From a virus, in IMG/VR virus record IMGVR_UViG_3300031760_000087, positions 1-56,676 of that record: a stretch of DNA of 56,676 nt, one strand, 5' to 3'. The notes under the pieces were generated by a model that saw only the letters and a program-made list of their open reading frames with translations, was not told the origin of the DNA and did not search any database. Shown one piece after another: positions 37,285-45,949 of this stretch (positions are counted from its first letter, which is position 1; every line of letters starts with the position of its first letter). The position numbers and the translations under genes were made by a program.

Positions 37285-37455
37285 TTAAACTTTTTTCTCA
37301 TTTTCATATTCCAGTAAGCCTCTCTTCAGCAGGATTTCGCAGAAGTCTTGAAGATTCATATCATTCTGTATGGCTTCAGTATGTATTTGTTTTTTCAATT
37401 CCTTGCGAACTCTGATCCGGATGAAGCTTACTGGTTCATCGTTTGCAATTGGCAT
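37285..37455 (-). CDS. ribbon-helix-helix (CopG/Arc-like) DNA-binding protein, 56 aa; the only convincing minus-strand gene
   Basis: Hand translation gives MPIANDEPVSFIRIRVRKELKKQIHTEAIQNDMNLQDFCEILLKRGLLEYENEKKV. This is a beta-strand plus two-helix RHH pattern. GGAGG lies 11 nt upstream. It falls below the ORF-track size cutoff. Confidence 0.6.
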   Translation of the reverse strand: MPIANDEPVSFIRIRVRKELKKQIHTEAIQNDMNLQDFCEILLKRGLLEYENEKKV

Positions 37456-37480
37456 TATGTATCAATCCTCCTATATATTA

Positions 37481-37654
37481 TTATTTGTGTCTTCTTATTT
37501 AAGTTTATATTTGTGTCATATACTCATAAATTATATGTGTCATAAAACACAAAGTTTATATATTATGAAGTACAACATTAAATTGAAGATGATTACCACA
37601 ATGACACAAATAATTAGTGGAATTTTTCGGAATGGGAGATGATTGTGTCTTTTG
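37481..37654. promoter_or_regulatory. Cluster of operator-like TTTGTGTCAT repeats in the divergent region
   Basis: Copies at 37481-37494, 37506-37523, 37531-37546, 37599-37613 (inverted) and 37641-37654. Related copies at 37226-37235 and in the arms of the 37127 palindrome. Confidence 0.5.
37553..37580 (+). promoter_or_regulatory. Conserved promoter copy 2 (TTTATATA + TATGAAGTACAAC)
   Basis: Same TATA box and downstream 13-mer as copies 1 and 3. Confidence 0.55.
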
Positions 37655-37691
37655 TGGTGGTTGTCTTGAATTTGAGATGAGGTGTAGTAGA

Positions 37692-37829
37692 ATGAGGATT
37701 GAAGCTATTGATAATCAAGTGTACTATTGCTATACTGCCGAGGAGCAGGAACAATTGAACACTATTATCAATAGTATTAAATCTTTACAAAAACGAGGTG
37801 AGAAAAGTGAGGGAAATGAAGAAAATTAA
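37692..37829 (+). CDS. small protein (45 aa)
   Basis: ATG 37692 lies 6 nt after the 12-mer GAGATGAGGTGT, the same ribosome-site context as gene 39023. It is the in-frame part of track ORF 37617-37829. Confidence 0.45.
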   Translation: MRIEAIDNQVYYCYTAEEQEQLNTIINSIKSLQKRGEKSEGNEEN

Positions 37830-37938
37830 ATTACCATTAACCGAGAAAGCATTCCTGCAATGGTTAAATGGGTTAATCATATTAATAATAGGTTTTATCA
37901 TAGTGATGGTTCTTACCACTCCAACTGGGTGGGTATGA
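37816..37938 (+). CDS. small membrane protein (40 aa; not in ORF track)
   Basis: Hand translation gives MKKIKLPLTEKAFLQWLNGLIILIIGFIIVMVLTTPTGWV. Its start overlaps the upstream ORF. Confidence 0.4.
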   Translation: MKKIKLPLTEKAFLQWLNGLIILIIGFIIVMVLTTPTGWV

Positions 37939-38108
37939 GTTTTATCGGATCATATTATCAAAGTTTGGAGGAGTTTAATGGTTTTCTATATTTTCCCATT
38001 AACTCCCCCAATCCTCCAAAATGTTTACCATAGTAATACCTAATATGTTATTTGGGGGGAGGGGTTTTCTAACATCTTTTTACTCTCCCCCACACTACCA
38101 TTTTAACT

Positions 38109-38150
38109 GGGATGGAGAATTCAGGTTTCGGTTTAAATCCGAACCATCCC
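38109..38150 (+). other. tRNA-minihelix-like hairpin (7-bp acceptor-like stem GGGATGG/CCATCCC enclosing a T-arm-like TTCGG-TTTAAAT-CCGAA)
   Basis: Read directly. It contains GAATTCAGG, the core of the terminal array unit, and is followed by the TATA-like CTATATAAA. Confidence 0.5.
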
Positions 38151-39022
38151 TCTATATAAAATCTTCAAATGTCTTTGGCATTTTTTATCGGATAAGCACG
38201 AACTATATTGCTTATCCACCTCCTATCAAGGGAGTGGCTATTGTAGGCTTTCCCTTGACTAGTACAAAGGTTAGAAATTTTGAAAAAATAAAGGAAAAAT
38301 TGAATAAAACTGGAGGGGCTAGGGTTTAAGGGGATTATCCCTTACCCCTCTTGATTATTCAAGTATTTGTTTTTCATTCTGACTGGGTAATATGTTATAC
38401 ATTAGTCCAAAAAACCCTTTACAATATGTTATGAAATTCGGTATTGAATATTTGATTATTTGGCTAGTGTATTTCTGTAGAATTTTTCAATTTATTTAGT
38501 TAATAACTCAAAAAGGAATAAATTTTCAATAATAGATTATCCTGCTACTGTACTTTGGTGCTATTCTCTTCGATGAGGGTGGCAGGAATTAGGTAAATCG
38601 ATGATGAACACGAAGTAGATTTCCAGGGGGCTTTCACACCATTTCATTTAAATCACTTCGTTTAAGCTAGTTTCAGTTGGTTTTATAGTCAGTACATATA
38701 TTTTCCTTTCTTATAATATCTTCAGGGATCATCATTTACCTTTTTGCCCCTTGGGAGTTTACTTATAAGCCTTGCCATAGTGGAAATGGGATTTTGGTGT
38801 TTGTTCCTAGGGTTTTTCACACCCCTATAAACACACACCCTTTTATCACCCCCTTACTTCCCCTAGGAATGAACATATCCCCATAGGTGGTGCAAGTCCA
38901 TCTCAAGGCAATCGCTCAAAGGAAAAATTGTTTAAGAGGATTGGCTACGATGTTTCAGCTACATCCCTTAATGATTACTTTCTGAAGTGAGCAAAAAATA
39001 ATTAGAGATGAGGTGTATATGA

Positions 39023-39619
39023 ATGGTAAAGACAACCGATTCAAATAGTGGATCATCAGTTGCTATGACTGATGAAAGTAACTTCTTGAAGAGTATTGAT
39101 GCTTTTCAGAAGAAAGGTGTTGAATGTGGAACTGTGAAAGTGACAGGAATGTACCCTGACAGATTCCACGATAACAAGAGTAGTATCGGAATTGAATTAA
39201 GCATCATTTCCGATATGAAGAAATGTAGGGCAGTAGTCAAGGATGGCGAGGGTAAGCCAGTTATGACTACTAACGATGTCGGTGATAAGATTAAGAAAAT
39301 TGAAATCATCGAGAACCCTAAATCTGTTTTTATCTTTCCAAAAGTAATTTCCAAGGGATCTTACAAGATTAGTGGTAAGGAATTTGAATTGGAAGAAGGA
39401 GAATGTCTCATAGGCAACCAAAGTAAATGGTTTAGCCTCTTCAATGAGGCATTCAAAAGCATCGGCGATGTAAGTGATGACAACACTTCTAACTTGATTT
39501 GTACCATTGATGAAATCCAAGATGCTTTCGCAGGGTACGAATTCAAGTTAACTGTTGAAGAGAAGAAAACCAGTTTCGGTAACAGTTACTTAAAACCTAT
39601 CATCGAAACTATTGACTAG
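39023..39619 (+). CDS. hypothetical protein (198 aa), first gene of the replication module
   Basis: Preceded by GAGATGAGGTGT. No motif recognised. Confidence 0.65.
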   Translation: MVKTTDSNSGSSVAMTDESNFLKSIDAFQKKGVECGTVKVTGMYPDRFHDNKSSIGIELSIISDMKKCRAVVKDGEGKPVMTTNDVGDKIKKIEIIENPKSVFIFPKVISKGSYKISGKEFELEEGECLIGNQSKWFSLFNEAFKSIGDVSDDNTSNLICTIDEIQDAFAGYEFKLTVEEKKTSFGNSYLKPIIETID

Positions 39620-39625
39620 GAGTTA

Positions 39626-41824
39626 ATGGAAATGGAATGGGTAAAAATCGGTAGCAATACCTCTCTTTCCATCGAGTACAATAACTCCGATAAGTACAAT
39701 CTTATTTTAAAAAGGGGTAACAACACCCCTATTATCCTTTTGACAAGCAAGAAGAGTGTAACCGAACTACCGAAAAGTAGTGAGCTATACTCCACTCTTG
39801 ATAATTATCTTAACCCCTCCAACAAAAGGCATTTAAGATTCATTCAGAATCAGGAAGTTGTTGGTTCTTTGGATCAGATGCCATCTGATTCTGAAAGGGA
39901 GCAGTTTGTTTCCGATTATAAAGGATGGGTTGTGACTCAACTTGAAACACTTCGCAGTAAGGTGATGGAGTCCAGTAAGGAACAAGTGTTACTGGATAAG
40001 GATGCTCAAATCCAAGAACATCTGATTGCCGAAAAGCAGAGGATGGATGAGAAGTATCTTCCATTATTCCAAGAATTCAATGAGAGATGCAATGAGTATA
40101 ACTTCACACCTCTACAGTTTATCGCTCAAGTGGTACACGGCTTGGGTGTTGGACTCAATATTGAGGTTCTCCGAGCTTTCATTGGTTTCTTACAAACTTA
40201 TCTTGGATACAAAGGTACTAATGTTATCGCTGTTGGAAGCCAAGCAAGTGGTAAGAGTCACATCTTGGATTCTGCTCTTCGGTTTATCCCTGAAGAGCGA
40301 GTAGTGAAAGGGTCTATGACTCCTGCCTATTTCTTCAAGAAATATAACAGAATGGATTTAACTGGATATATTTTCTATATCGGTGACCTTGGAGGAGATA
40401 ACTCCAACGAGGACACCTTGAGGATGAGGGATATGCTCAAGGAATTATCCACAGATGGTTACATCAGCCGAGGTCTTATTGATAAGGATACTAATTCTCA
40501 AACAGAGGAATTCGTTACTGGTTATCCTGCTTTGGCATATACCACAGTACACGAGAGTTATATTAATGACCAAGAGAAATCAAGGTCTATTGTCATAACT
40601 CCACCAAGCATTGATAGTTACCAGTTGGCTATCTTTAAGGATGCTCAAAAGAATGCAGGAGTATTCAAGCCAGTAATCGAAAGGATTAAACGAGATTGCC
40701 TTTTGGTTCAAGCATATTGTTATCACCTCAAAGAAGAGGGAGATACCAAGAACATAGATATACTCAATACCTACTTTATGCAGGTAATTGAGAAGTTGAA
40801 GTCTAATGAGGATTTCAATCGTAAACTTGATGAGTTTAACAGTATCTTGAAGATTTGTTGTATATTAAACAATTGCTATATGACATCTCATAATTACTAC
40901 GAGAATGAGAGTAGTCTTATCCTTGCTAGTAAGCAAGATGTCATAAATGCTTTAGCGATTTACGATAACAATACATTACTTCCAACAGATTTGGTTCTGA
41001 TCCGAGGACTGTTATCAAAATACAAGACATTTGATATGCTTGATGATACATTGGATTCCGATGACCCTACCTATTTCGAGGATAATGTGAGGAAACACTT
41101 GAGGAATCACGATAATCCTGATTGGGATAGTGATATGTATAAGGAGTATTTCTTTACAGCGAGGACTATCAGGAATAAGTGGAATCGGCAGAGATGGTAT
41201 AGGAAGTCAAAAGAGAACTTGGAACTCAAGCTTAAGAGATTATATGAACAAGGGTTATTGATTCAAATCGATTATGACAATCGTGATCCAGTATATGCTC
41301 TGAATAAGGGCATTGATTTGATTATCGAGGCTACTGACCTTAACTGGAAAAAGAAAGAGTTAGTGGAGAAGTCCAACAAGGTTAATATCCTCAAATATCC
41401 AAGTGTCAAGGATGAGTATATGGCTTTCTTCGAGAAAGATATTCAAACCAACATCAAAGATAACAACTTTGGTCTTGAAGATGATTTGATTTATCACTCC
41501 ATTTGGGATGACCCAATCTATATGGAGGAAACCGAAACAATCGAAAAAGAAGTTTCCTTTGAGGAAATTGAAGAACCAGTTAAGGAAGTTGAAGAGAAAT
41601 CTGAAAACCTTGATTTAAAGGAACTTATCTTCAATATAATCAAGGAGAATGACTTCAAGACTTTGGAGGAAATCAAGGGAATAGTTAGTAAGAATCATAT
41701 GAGTTTCAATGAAGAGGCTGAAGTACTAGAATTCGAGAGAGAATTCAATAAGAACTTCAGAGAACTTAAAAAGGAAAAACGAGTAATGGTTAATGCTATC
41801 GGTGTTGTTGGGGTGGTTGAATGA
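39626..41824 (+). CDS. P-loop NTPase, replicative helicase / initiator candidate
   Basis: Walker A is GSQASGKSH and Walker B-like is YIFYIGDLGG. 732 aa, immediately upstream of the primase. Confidence 0.55.
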   Translation: MEMEWVKIGSNTSLSIEYNNSDKYNLILKRGNNTPIILLTSKKSVTELPKSSELYSTLDNYLNPSNKRHLRFIQNQEVVGSLDQMPSDSEREQFVSDYKGWVVTQLETLRSKVMESSKEQVLLDKDAQIQEHLIAEKQRMDEKYLPLFQEFNERCNEYNFTPLQFIAQVVHGLGVGLNIEVLRAFIGFLQTYLGYKGTNVIAVGSQASGKSHILDSALRFIPEERVVKGSMTPAYFFKKYNRMDLTGYIFYIGDLGGDNSNEDTLRMRDMLKELSTDGYISRGLIDKDTNSQTEEFVTGYPALAYTTVHESYINDQEKSRSIVITPPSIDSYQLAIFKDAQKNAGVFKPVIERIKRDCLLVQAYCYHLKEEGDTKNIDILNTYFMQVIEKLKSNEDFNRKLDEFNSILKICCILNNCYMTSHNYYENESSLILASKQDVINALAIYDNNTLLPTDLVLIRGLLSKYKTFDMLDDTLDSDDPTYFEDNVRKHLRNHDNPDWDSDMYKEYFFTARTIRNKWNRQRWYRKSKENLELKLKRLYEQGLLIQIDYDNRDPVYALNKGIDLIIEATDLNWKKKELVEKSNKVNILKYPSVKDEYMAFFEKDIQTNIKDNNFGLEDDLIYHSIWDDPIYMEETETIEKEVSFEEIEEPVKEVEEKSENLDLKELIFNIIKENDFKTLEEIKGIVSKNHMSFNEEAEVLEFEREFNKNFRELKKEKRVMVNAIGVVGVVE

Positions 41825-42780
41825 ACATCTACCAATTATTATTTCGTAGGAATCAACACTACCTCACTATCAGGAGCAGAGATGGAAGACCTGCTCAAAG
41901 ATACAAAGTACCTAACCACAGATTCCTGAAAAAAGCTTGGAGTAGACAGAACCCTGATGAGGATTTATATATTACAAAGTATCCTAAAGATGGAGTTATT
42001 TCAACTATCATCTTGGATTTCGATTCCGAGAATAATATTGAAAAAGCCTACGAAGACTGCTACAAGATATACAAATATCTTCAAACCAAAGGCACAAACT
42101 CTGTCATAGTATCTTCAGGGAACAAGGGCTACCACTTATATATCCAAATACCTGCCACCAACTTCAAACTTGTTGGCGATATTGAAGTTTCTGATCCAAA
42201 CTTGTTGTATGATATTTTCGTTCAAGATTTTATCAACAATGTGCATTGGAATTTTGAAACCTTGGATATGGTGAATCATCAAGCAGGATTAAAGGGCAAT
42301 ATCCGACTAATCAATTCATTCCACCCTAAAACCAAGAAACCCTGCAAAGCAGTACTTGGAGAATGGATTGAAGAGGATAATGAAGACTACTACTATCAAG
42401 CATTGAAGTACAAGGATATTATCTTCAAGAATGCTTACAAGAAGTATATGAAACAAGAAAGGGAGAAAATCGAAAAAAGAATGAATCGTATTAAAGAGCA
42501 TCAGAGCAGGAAATTCCTAGATAGTGATTATAATCCACTTGATGAATCCTGCAAAGATGTTATGCAAAACATATTCAATTTGGATAAGGTGACAAATAAG
42601 GCTAGTGGAATGTGGTGTTGTTGCCCATTTCACAATGACAGCAATCCGAGTATGGTAGTTACTGATGACTACTTTTACTGCAAGGGTTGTGGAAAGAAAG
42701 GAAATGTGTGGACTTTAATCAAGGAGGGTTATTATAACCCTACTGGAATTGATAATAGTTGTGTAAAGGTGGGAAAATGA
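41821..42780 (+). CDS. archaeo-eukaryotic primase-polymerase domain fused to a C-terminal DnaG-type CHC2 zinc finger
   Basis: AEP motifs are ILDFDSE (DxD), SSGNKGYHLY (sGxGxH) and NIRLINSFHPKT. The finger is CCCPFHNDSNPSMVV...YCKGCGKKGNVW. Confidence 0.7.
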   Translation: MNIYQLLFRRNQHYLTIRSRDGRPAQRYKVPNHRFLKKAWSRQNPDEDLYITKYPKDGVISTIILDFDSENNIEKAYEDCYKIYKYLQTKGTNSVIVSSGNKGYHLYIQIPATNFKLVGDIEVSDPNLLYDIFVQDFINNVHWNFETLDMVNHQAGLKGNIRLINSFHPKTKKPCKAVLGEWIEEDNEDYYYQALKYKDIIFKNAYKKYMKQEREKIEKRMNRIKEHQSRKFLDSDYNPLDESCKDVMQNIFNLDKVTNKASGMWCCCPFHNDSNPSMVVTDDYFYCKGCGKKGNVWTLIKEGYYNPTGIDNSCVKVGK

Positions 42781-43034
42781 TTGAACCTTGTGTAGAAGCT
42801 TGTTTAGGAGTGGACTGCGATTTCTTCAAGGAAAGTATGGAGAATCGTTGTTCAATAAGGAAACAACTAATTGAAAAGGAAAATAAAAAGTGTGCAGATG
42901 CAGAACCGAGAGAAGATATTAAGGAAATACTGGCAACTGATAAATGGTTGCGAGAACTTGACAATCAAACATTCGGATTTGCAATAAGTAATGAAGTGAT
43001 TGAAGAGGAAGTTGTCCGAGTTGGTAAACAATGA
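42777..43034 (+). CDS. hypothetical Cys-containing protein (85 aa from ATG 42777)
   Basis: ATGA overlap with the primase stop. In frame with track ORF 42759-43034. Confidence 0.5.
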   Translation: MIEPCVEACLGVDCDFFKESMENRCSIRKQLIEKENKKCADAEPREDIKEILATDKWLRELDNQTFGFAISNEVIEEEVVRVGKQ

Positions 43035-43183
43035 TAAGACAAGAAAAAAGTAAATTTATTAAAACAATGGAAGAGTTAACAAGACAAGGAATCAAGGGTG
43101 AAGAGTTGGATAAGGAATTAGCAATCCGATTCTGTAACATATACCCATATAGTTTGGTATTCAAGAAAGTAGAGGAGGAATAG
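43031..43183 (+). CDS. small hypothetical protein (50 aa; not in ORF track)
   Basis: ATGA overlap with the upstream stop. Hand translation gives MIRQEKSKFIKTMEELTRQGIKGEELDKELAIRFCNIYPYSLVFKKVEEE. Confidence 0.4.
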   Translation: MIRQEKSKFIKTMEELTRQGIKGEELDKELAIRFCNIYPYSLVFKKVEEE

Positions 43184-43186
43184 AGT

Positions 43187-43432
43187 GTGTTAAATGATTT
43201 GGTTAATGTGTTGATTAATGAGTCAATTGACAAAGAACATAGTGAAAAGTTAGCAGAGGTATTTTTTAAGGAACTGGATGACAGTTTCAAGATGCCTACT
43301 GTGGGTTATGCTATTTTCATCATCCTTGCAAAAACCTACGATATGTTAGAGGCACAAGATGAGAAGAGTGCATTATTTTTTAAGGGATTGATGATGGATT
43401 GTGTTAAAAGTTTAGGTGAGATGAATGAGTAA
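43187..43432 (+). CDS. hypothetical protein (81 aa, GTG start)
   Basis: ORF track. GGAGGAA lies upstream. Confidence 0.5.
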   Translation: MLNDLVNVLINESIDKEHSEKLAEVFFKELDDSFKMPTVGYAIFIILAKTYDMLEAQDEKSALFFKGLMMDCVKSLGEMNE

Positions 43433-43742
43433 CCTTATTGATGAGGAGAGGGTGAGGGTTTTTCTCCTCTCCCTTACCGAAAAACAAGAAGATTATTTAC
43501 TAGAGAAACAAGCTCTAGAAACTGAAAAAGCAGAACTGATCCTCAATACTAACTGGGATGAGTTAAATAAGGATAGGAAAGAAAAAGGCTTATCTAAAAT
43601 CAGTAATGAGAGCAGTAGACAGGCTTATATTAGTCTGCAGTTGGCTGATAACATTGCCAAGTTCAATGAAGTTAAACTGGAGTACGATAATGCTAAAAGG
43701 TACTACAAGTACTTAATAGCAAGTATGAGAATGGAGGAGTAA
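43425..43742 (+). CDS. hypothetical coiled-coil protein (105 aa)
   Basis: ORF track. Confidence 0.55.
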   Translation: MSNLIDEERVRVFLLSLTEKQEDYLLEKQALETEKAELILNTNWDELNKDRKEKGLSKISNESSRQAYISLQLADNIAKFNEVKLEYDNAKRYYKYLIASMRMEE

Positions 43743-43746
43743 TAGT

Positions 43747-43923
43747 ATGGCTACTTGTCCAAGAGAAGCGACACTATCCAGTTTAACAAGGACTGTTGAG
43801 GCTATAAAGAAAGCCCAATCCACAGTACCTGCAAACAGCCAAGATTGGAAAGTACTAGAATCCAAAAGGCAGGAGTACCTCCAAGAGATTCAAAAAATTA
43901 ATAAGGATATTATGGGGTATTAA
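43747..43923 (+). CDS. small hypothetical protein (58 aa; not in ORF track)
   Basis: Hand translation begins MATCPREATLSSLTRTVEAIKKAQ... GGAGGAG lies upstream. Confidence 0.4.
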   Translation: MATCPREATLSSLTRTVEAIKKAQSTVPANSQDWKVLESKRQEYLQEIQKINKDIMGY

Positions 43924-43924
43924 A

Positions 43925-44197
43925 ATGACTAGAGCAACAGAATATCGGTTAATGGTGCAGAAGAACAAGGAAGTAAAAGAACACTACTCTGCACTATTAC
44001 AAGAGTACCTGAAGAAAGAGGGAAAAAATTATACGGACACTTACTTCAATTTCAATGCCGACAAATTAACCCTACGATGGCTTGGCAAGATGGAATTGAA
44101 TGACCTCCAATTCCTTATGAAAATCTTCGGAGATATCGAATCCTTACAACCAGCACACGAATATATTGTGATAGTTTTTAGGGATGATGACAAATGA
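43925..44197 (+). CDS. hypothetical protein (90 aa)
   Basis: ORF track. Confidence 0.55.
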   Translation: MTRATEYRLMVQKNKEVKEHYSALLQEYLKKEGKNYTDTYFNFNADKLTLRWLGKMELNDLQFLMKIFGDIESLQPAHEYIVIVFRDDDK

Positions 44198-44715
44198 TTC
44201 TTTGTGACCATAGCTTGAGGAAGTTTGCAATCGAGTACACAGAGGGGGTTGACTTTGGTAATATTCAACCTAACTCCATTGATTTAACCTTGGATGGGAA
44301 GAGAGGGTGCATAACCCCTCCTCTTCTTTCCCATCAACGATGTGATAAGTTTGAGGAATTAATTGTTCCACCCCAAGAGTTAGTATTAGTTTCCACTAGT
44401 GAGTGGATTGATGTTCCTAACAATGTATGTTGTAGAGTCGAGGGAAAATCAAGTTTAGGCAGAATTGGATTACTAACTCACATTACTGCAGGATTCATTG
44501 ATTCAGGTTTCAAGGGTAATATTACTCTTGAACTTTACAATGTAGGGAAGTATCCTATTGTGTTGCATAATGGGTGTAAGATAGCCCAGTTAGTAGTTGA
44601 AAAATTAGATGATACAGTAGAGAACCTCTACGATGGCAATTACCTTGGTCAAGACAAGGTAACACCAAGCATCCACGAACAAAACTTTGATGGATCAAGT
44701 TATGAGGTGTGGTAA
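44194..44715 (+). CDS. dcd: dCTP deaminase / dUTPase-family enzyme
   Basis: Starts MILCDHSL, then IQPNSIDLTLD, GKSSLGRIGLLTH, AGFIDSGFKGNITLELYN and KIAQLV. These are canonical Dcd/Dut beta-barrel motifs. Confidence 0.8.
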   Translation: MILCDHSLRKFAIEYTEGVDFGNIQPNSIDLTLDGKRGCITPPLLSHQRCDKFEELIVPPQELVLVSTSEWIDVPNNVCCRVEGKSSLGRIGLLTHITAGFIDSGFKGNITLELYNVGKYPIVLHNGCKIAQLVVEKLDDTVENLYDGNYLGQDKVTPSIHEQNFDGSSYEVW

Positions 44716-45230
44716 ATATTCCATTCTATCATCAACAATTTGCATTGATGAGGATTAGCAGACAAGGGCAAGAGTACTATTATACTTTCGCTATCAAGAG
44801 TCTGATCCATTATCAATTCCTTATAGGGGTTAATAAAAAGGATAAGGCTTATTGTCTGCTCAATCCCAATTTTGATACCTTGGAAGTTAAGGATATAAGT
44901 AGGGATGAGGCTGTTAAAGGACAGTATGACTGGAATACTTTCAATTCAAGATTCTGCAAGGCAAATAATAGAAGTGGTTTTATCTTCAGATTCAAGCTTG
45001 ATGAGAAGATTAAATTTAAGAATAGTGTAGCCTTGGAGAATCCTATGAAACAAGGATTAAGAGTAGCCTCAAGGGATGAGGCGAAACGATTGGAAAAGGA
45101 AATTGTTAGAACACTAGCAACTAGGAAAATGAAAGACCCATACCTCAACTTATTACTGATTGAGGCGAATGGGTTGTTAATGACCTACACAAGGATGTGT
45201 AAAAATGGTGAAATTGAAGAAATTATTTAA
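44709..45230 (+). CDS. hypothetical protein (173 aa)
   Basis: ORF track. Confidence 0.55.
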   Translation: MVNIPFYHQQFALMRISRQGQEYYYTFAIKSLIHYQFLIGVNKKDKAYCLLNPNFDTLEVKDISRDEAVKGQYDWNTFNSRFCKANNRSGFIFRFKLDEKIKFKNSVALENPMKQGLRVASRDEAKRLEKEIVRTLATRKMKDPYLNLLLIEANGLLMTYTRMCKNGEIEEII

Positions 45231-45645
45231 ACAAGCATTAAAAGACAATCCCACAACTTGGAAACCATTATCCTACAAGGAAAGACAAAAAAGGATAAGA
45301 GATGGTGGAGGGATTGGATACCTTAAAGAAATGGCAAAGAGGGGTGAACCCCTCAAAAAGAGTGTATCCCATTTCGGTGTGAGAGTTGAAGATGTGAATG
45401 CCTACCTCAAAAAAAATGGGGTAACATACAGAGAACTCAAGAAAGAACTCTATGAGCCACCCAAGACTGGCAGACAGAAAATCATCGAGAGTGGGGGTAT
45501 CGAACAATTACGAGTATATGCCCAACGAGGCTATACTCAAGGCAAAGTAGCAGGAATATATGGTTTGAAGAGCAGTTCAGCCATATCCAACTTCGTAAGA
45601 AGAGAGGGCTACACTTGGGAGGAACTGCAGAATGTATGTGAGTGA
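45205..45645 (+). CDS. DNA-binding protein candidate with two tandem ~55-aa HTH-like modules
   Basis: Internal repeat: RQKRIRDGGGIGYLKEMAKRG...GVTYRELKKEL versus RQKIIESGGIEQLRVYAQRG...GYTWEELQNV. Confidence 0.45.
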   Translation: MVKLKKLFKQALKDNPTTWKPLSYKERQKRIRDGGGIGYLKEMAKRGEPLKKSVSHFGVRVEDVNAYLKKNGVTYRELKKELYEPPKTGRQKIIESGGIEQLRVYAQRGYTQGKVAGIYGLKSSSAISNFVRREGYTWEELQNVCE

Positions 45646-45943
45646 TATCACTATTGAAACAGAAGAGCCATTTGTCAAAGTGGCTTTCTGTGATTGCAAA
45701 TGGGAGAAGCTCAAAAGCATATTACTTGGATTGGAGTGGAGTAAGAATTATTATCTTGTTTTATCACGATTCTACTCAATCCGATATGATAAGGATAGTG
45801 AGAGAGGAACTAATTTTGATTATGAGTATTTATGCAATTGTTATGGTACAAGGCAATTATTTACTGTGGATCATCTTGATGAGAAGATAAAGAATGGTTT
45901 GTACTTGTGTCAGGGATTGCTTGTTTTTTGTAGAAAGGAGTAA
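45632..45943 (+). CDS. hypothetical protein (103 aa)
   Basis: ORF track. Confidence 0.5.
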   Translation: MYVSDITIETEEPFVKVAFCDCKWEKLKSILLGLEWSKNYYLVLSRFYSIRYDKDSERGTNFDYEYLCNCYGTRQLFTVDHLDEKIKNGLYLCQGLLVFCRKE

Positions 45944-45949
45944 ATTATA

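Noticed and set aside
37227-37642. Three overlapping + strand ORFs (37227-37415, 37348-37545, 37370-37642)
   Set aside because: They are mutually exclusive with hydrophobic junk-like translations. They lie antisense to a much more protein-like RHH gene that has a GGAGG site.
38109-38150. A tRNA gene
   Set aside because: It is only 42 nt with no D arm or anticodon arm, and the T-loop reads TTTAAAT and so lacks the universal C56. It is kept only as a minihelix-like or possible att element.
38021-38329. 102-aa + strand ORF in the large non-coding region
   Set aside because: Its upstream sequence is CCTCC, the anti-Shine-Dalgarno sense. It runs through several perfect hairpins and homopolymers, and no coupled neighbours exist.
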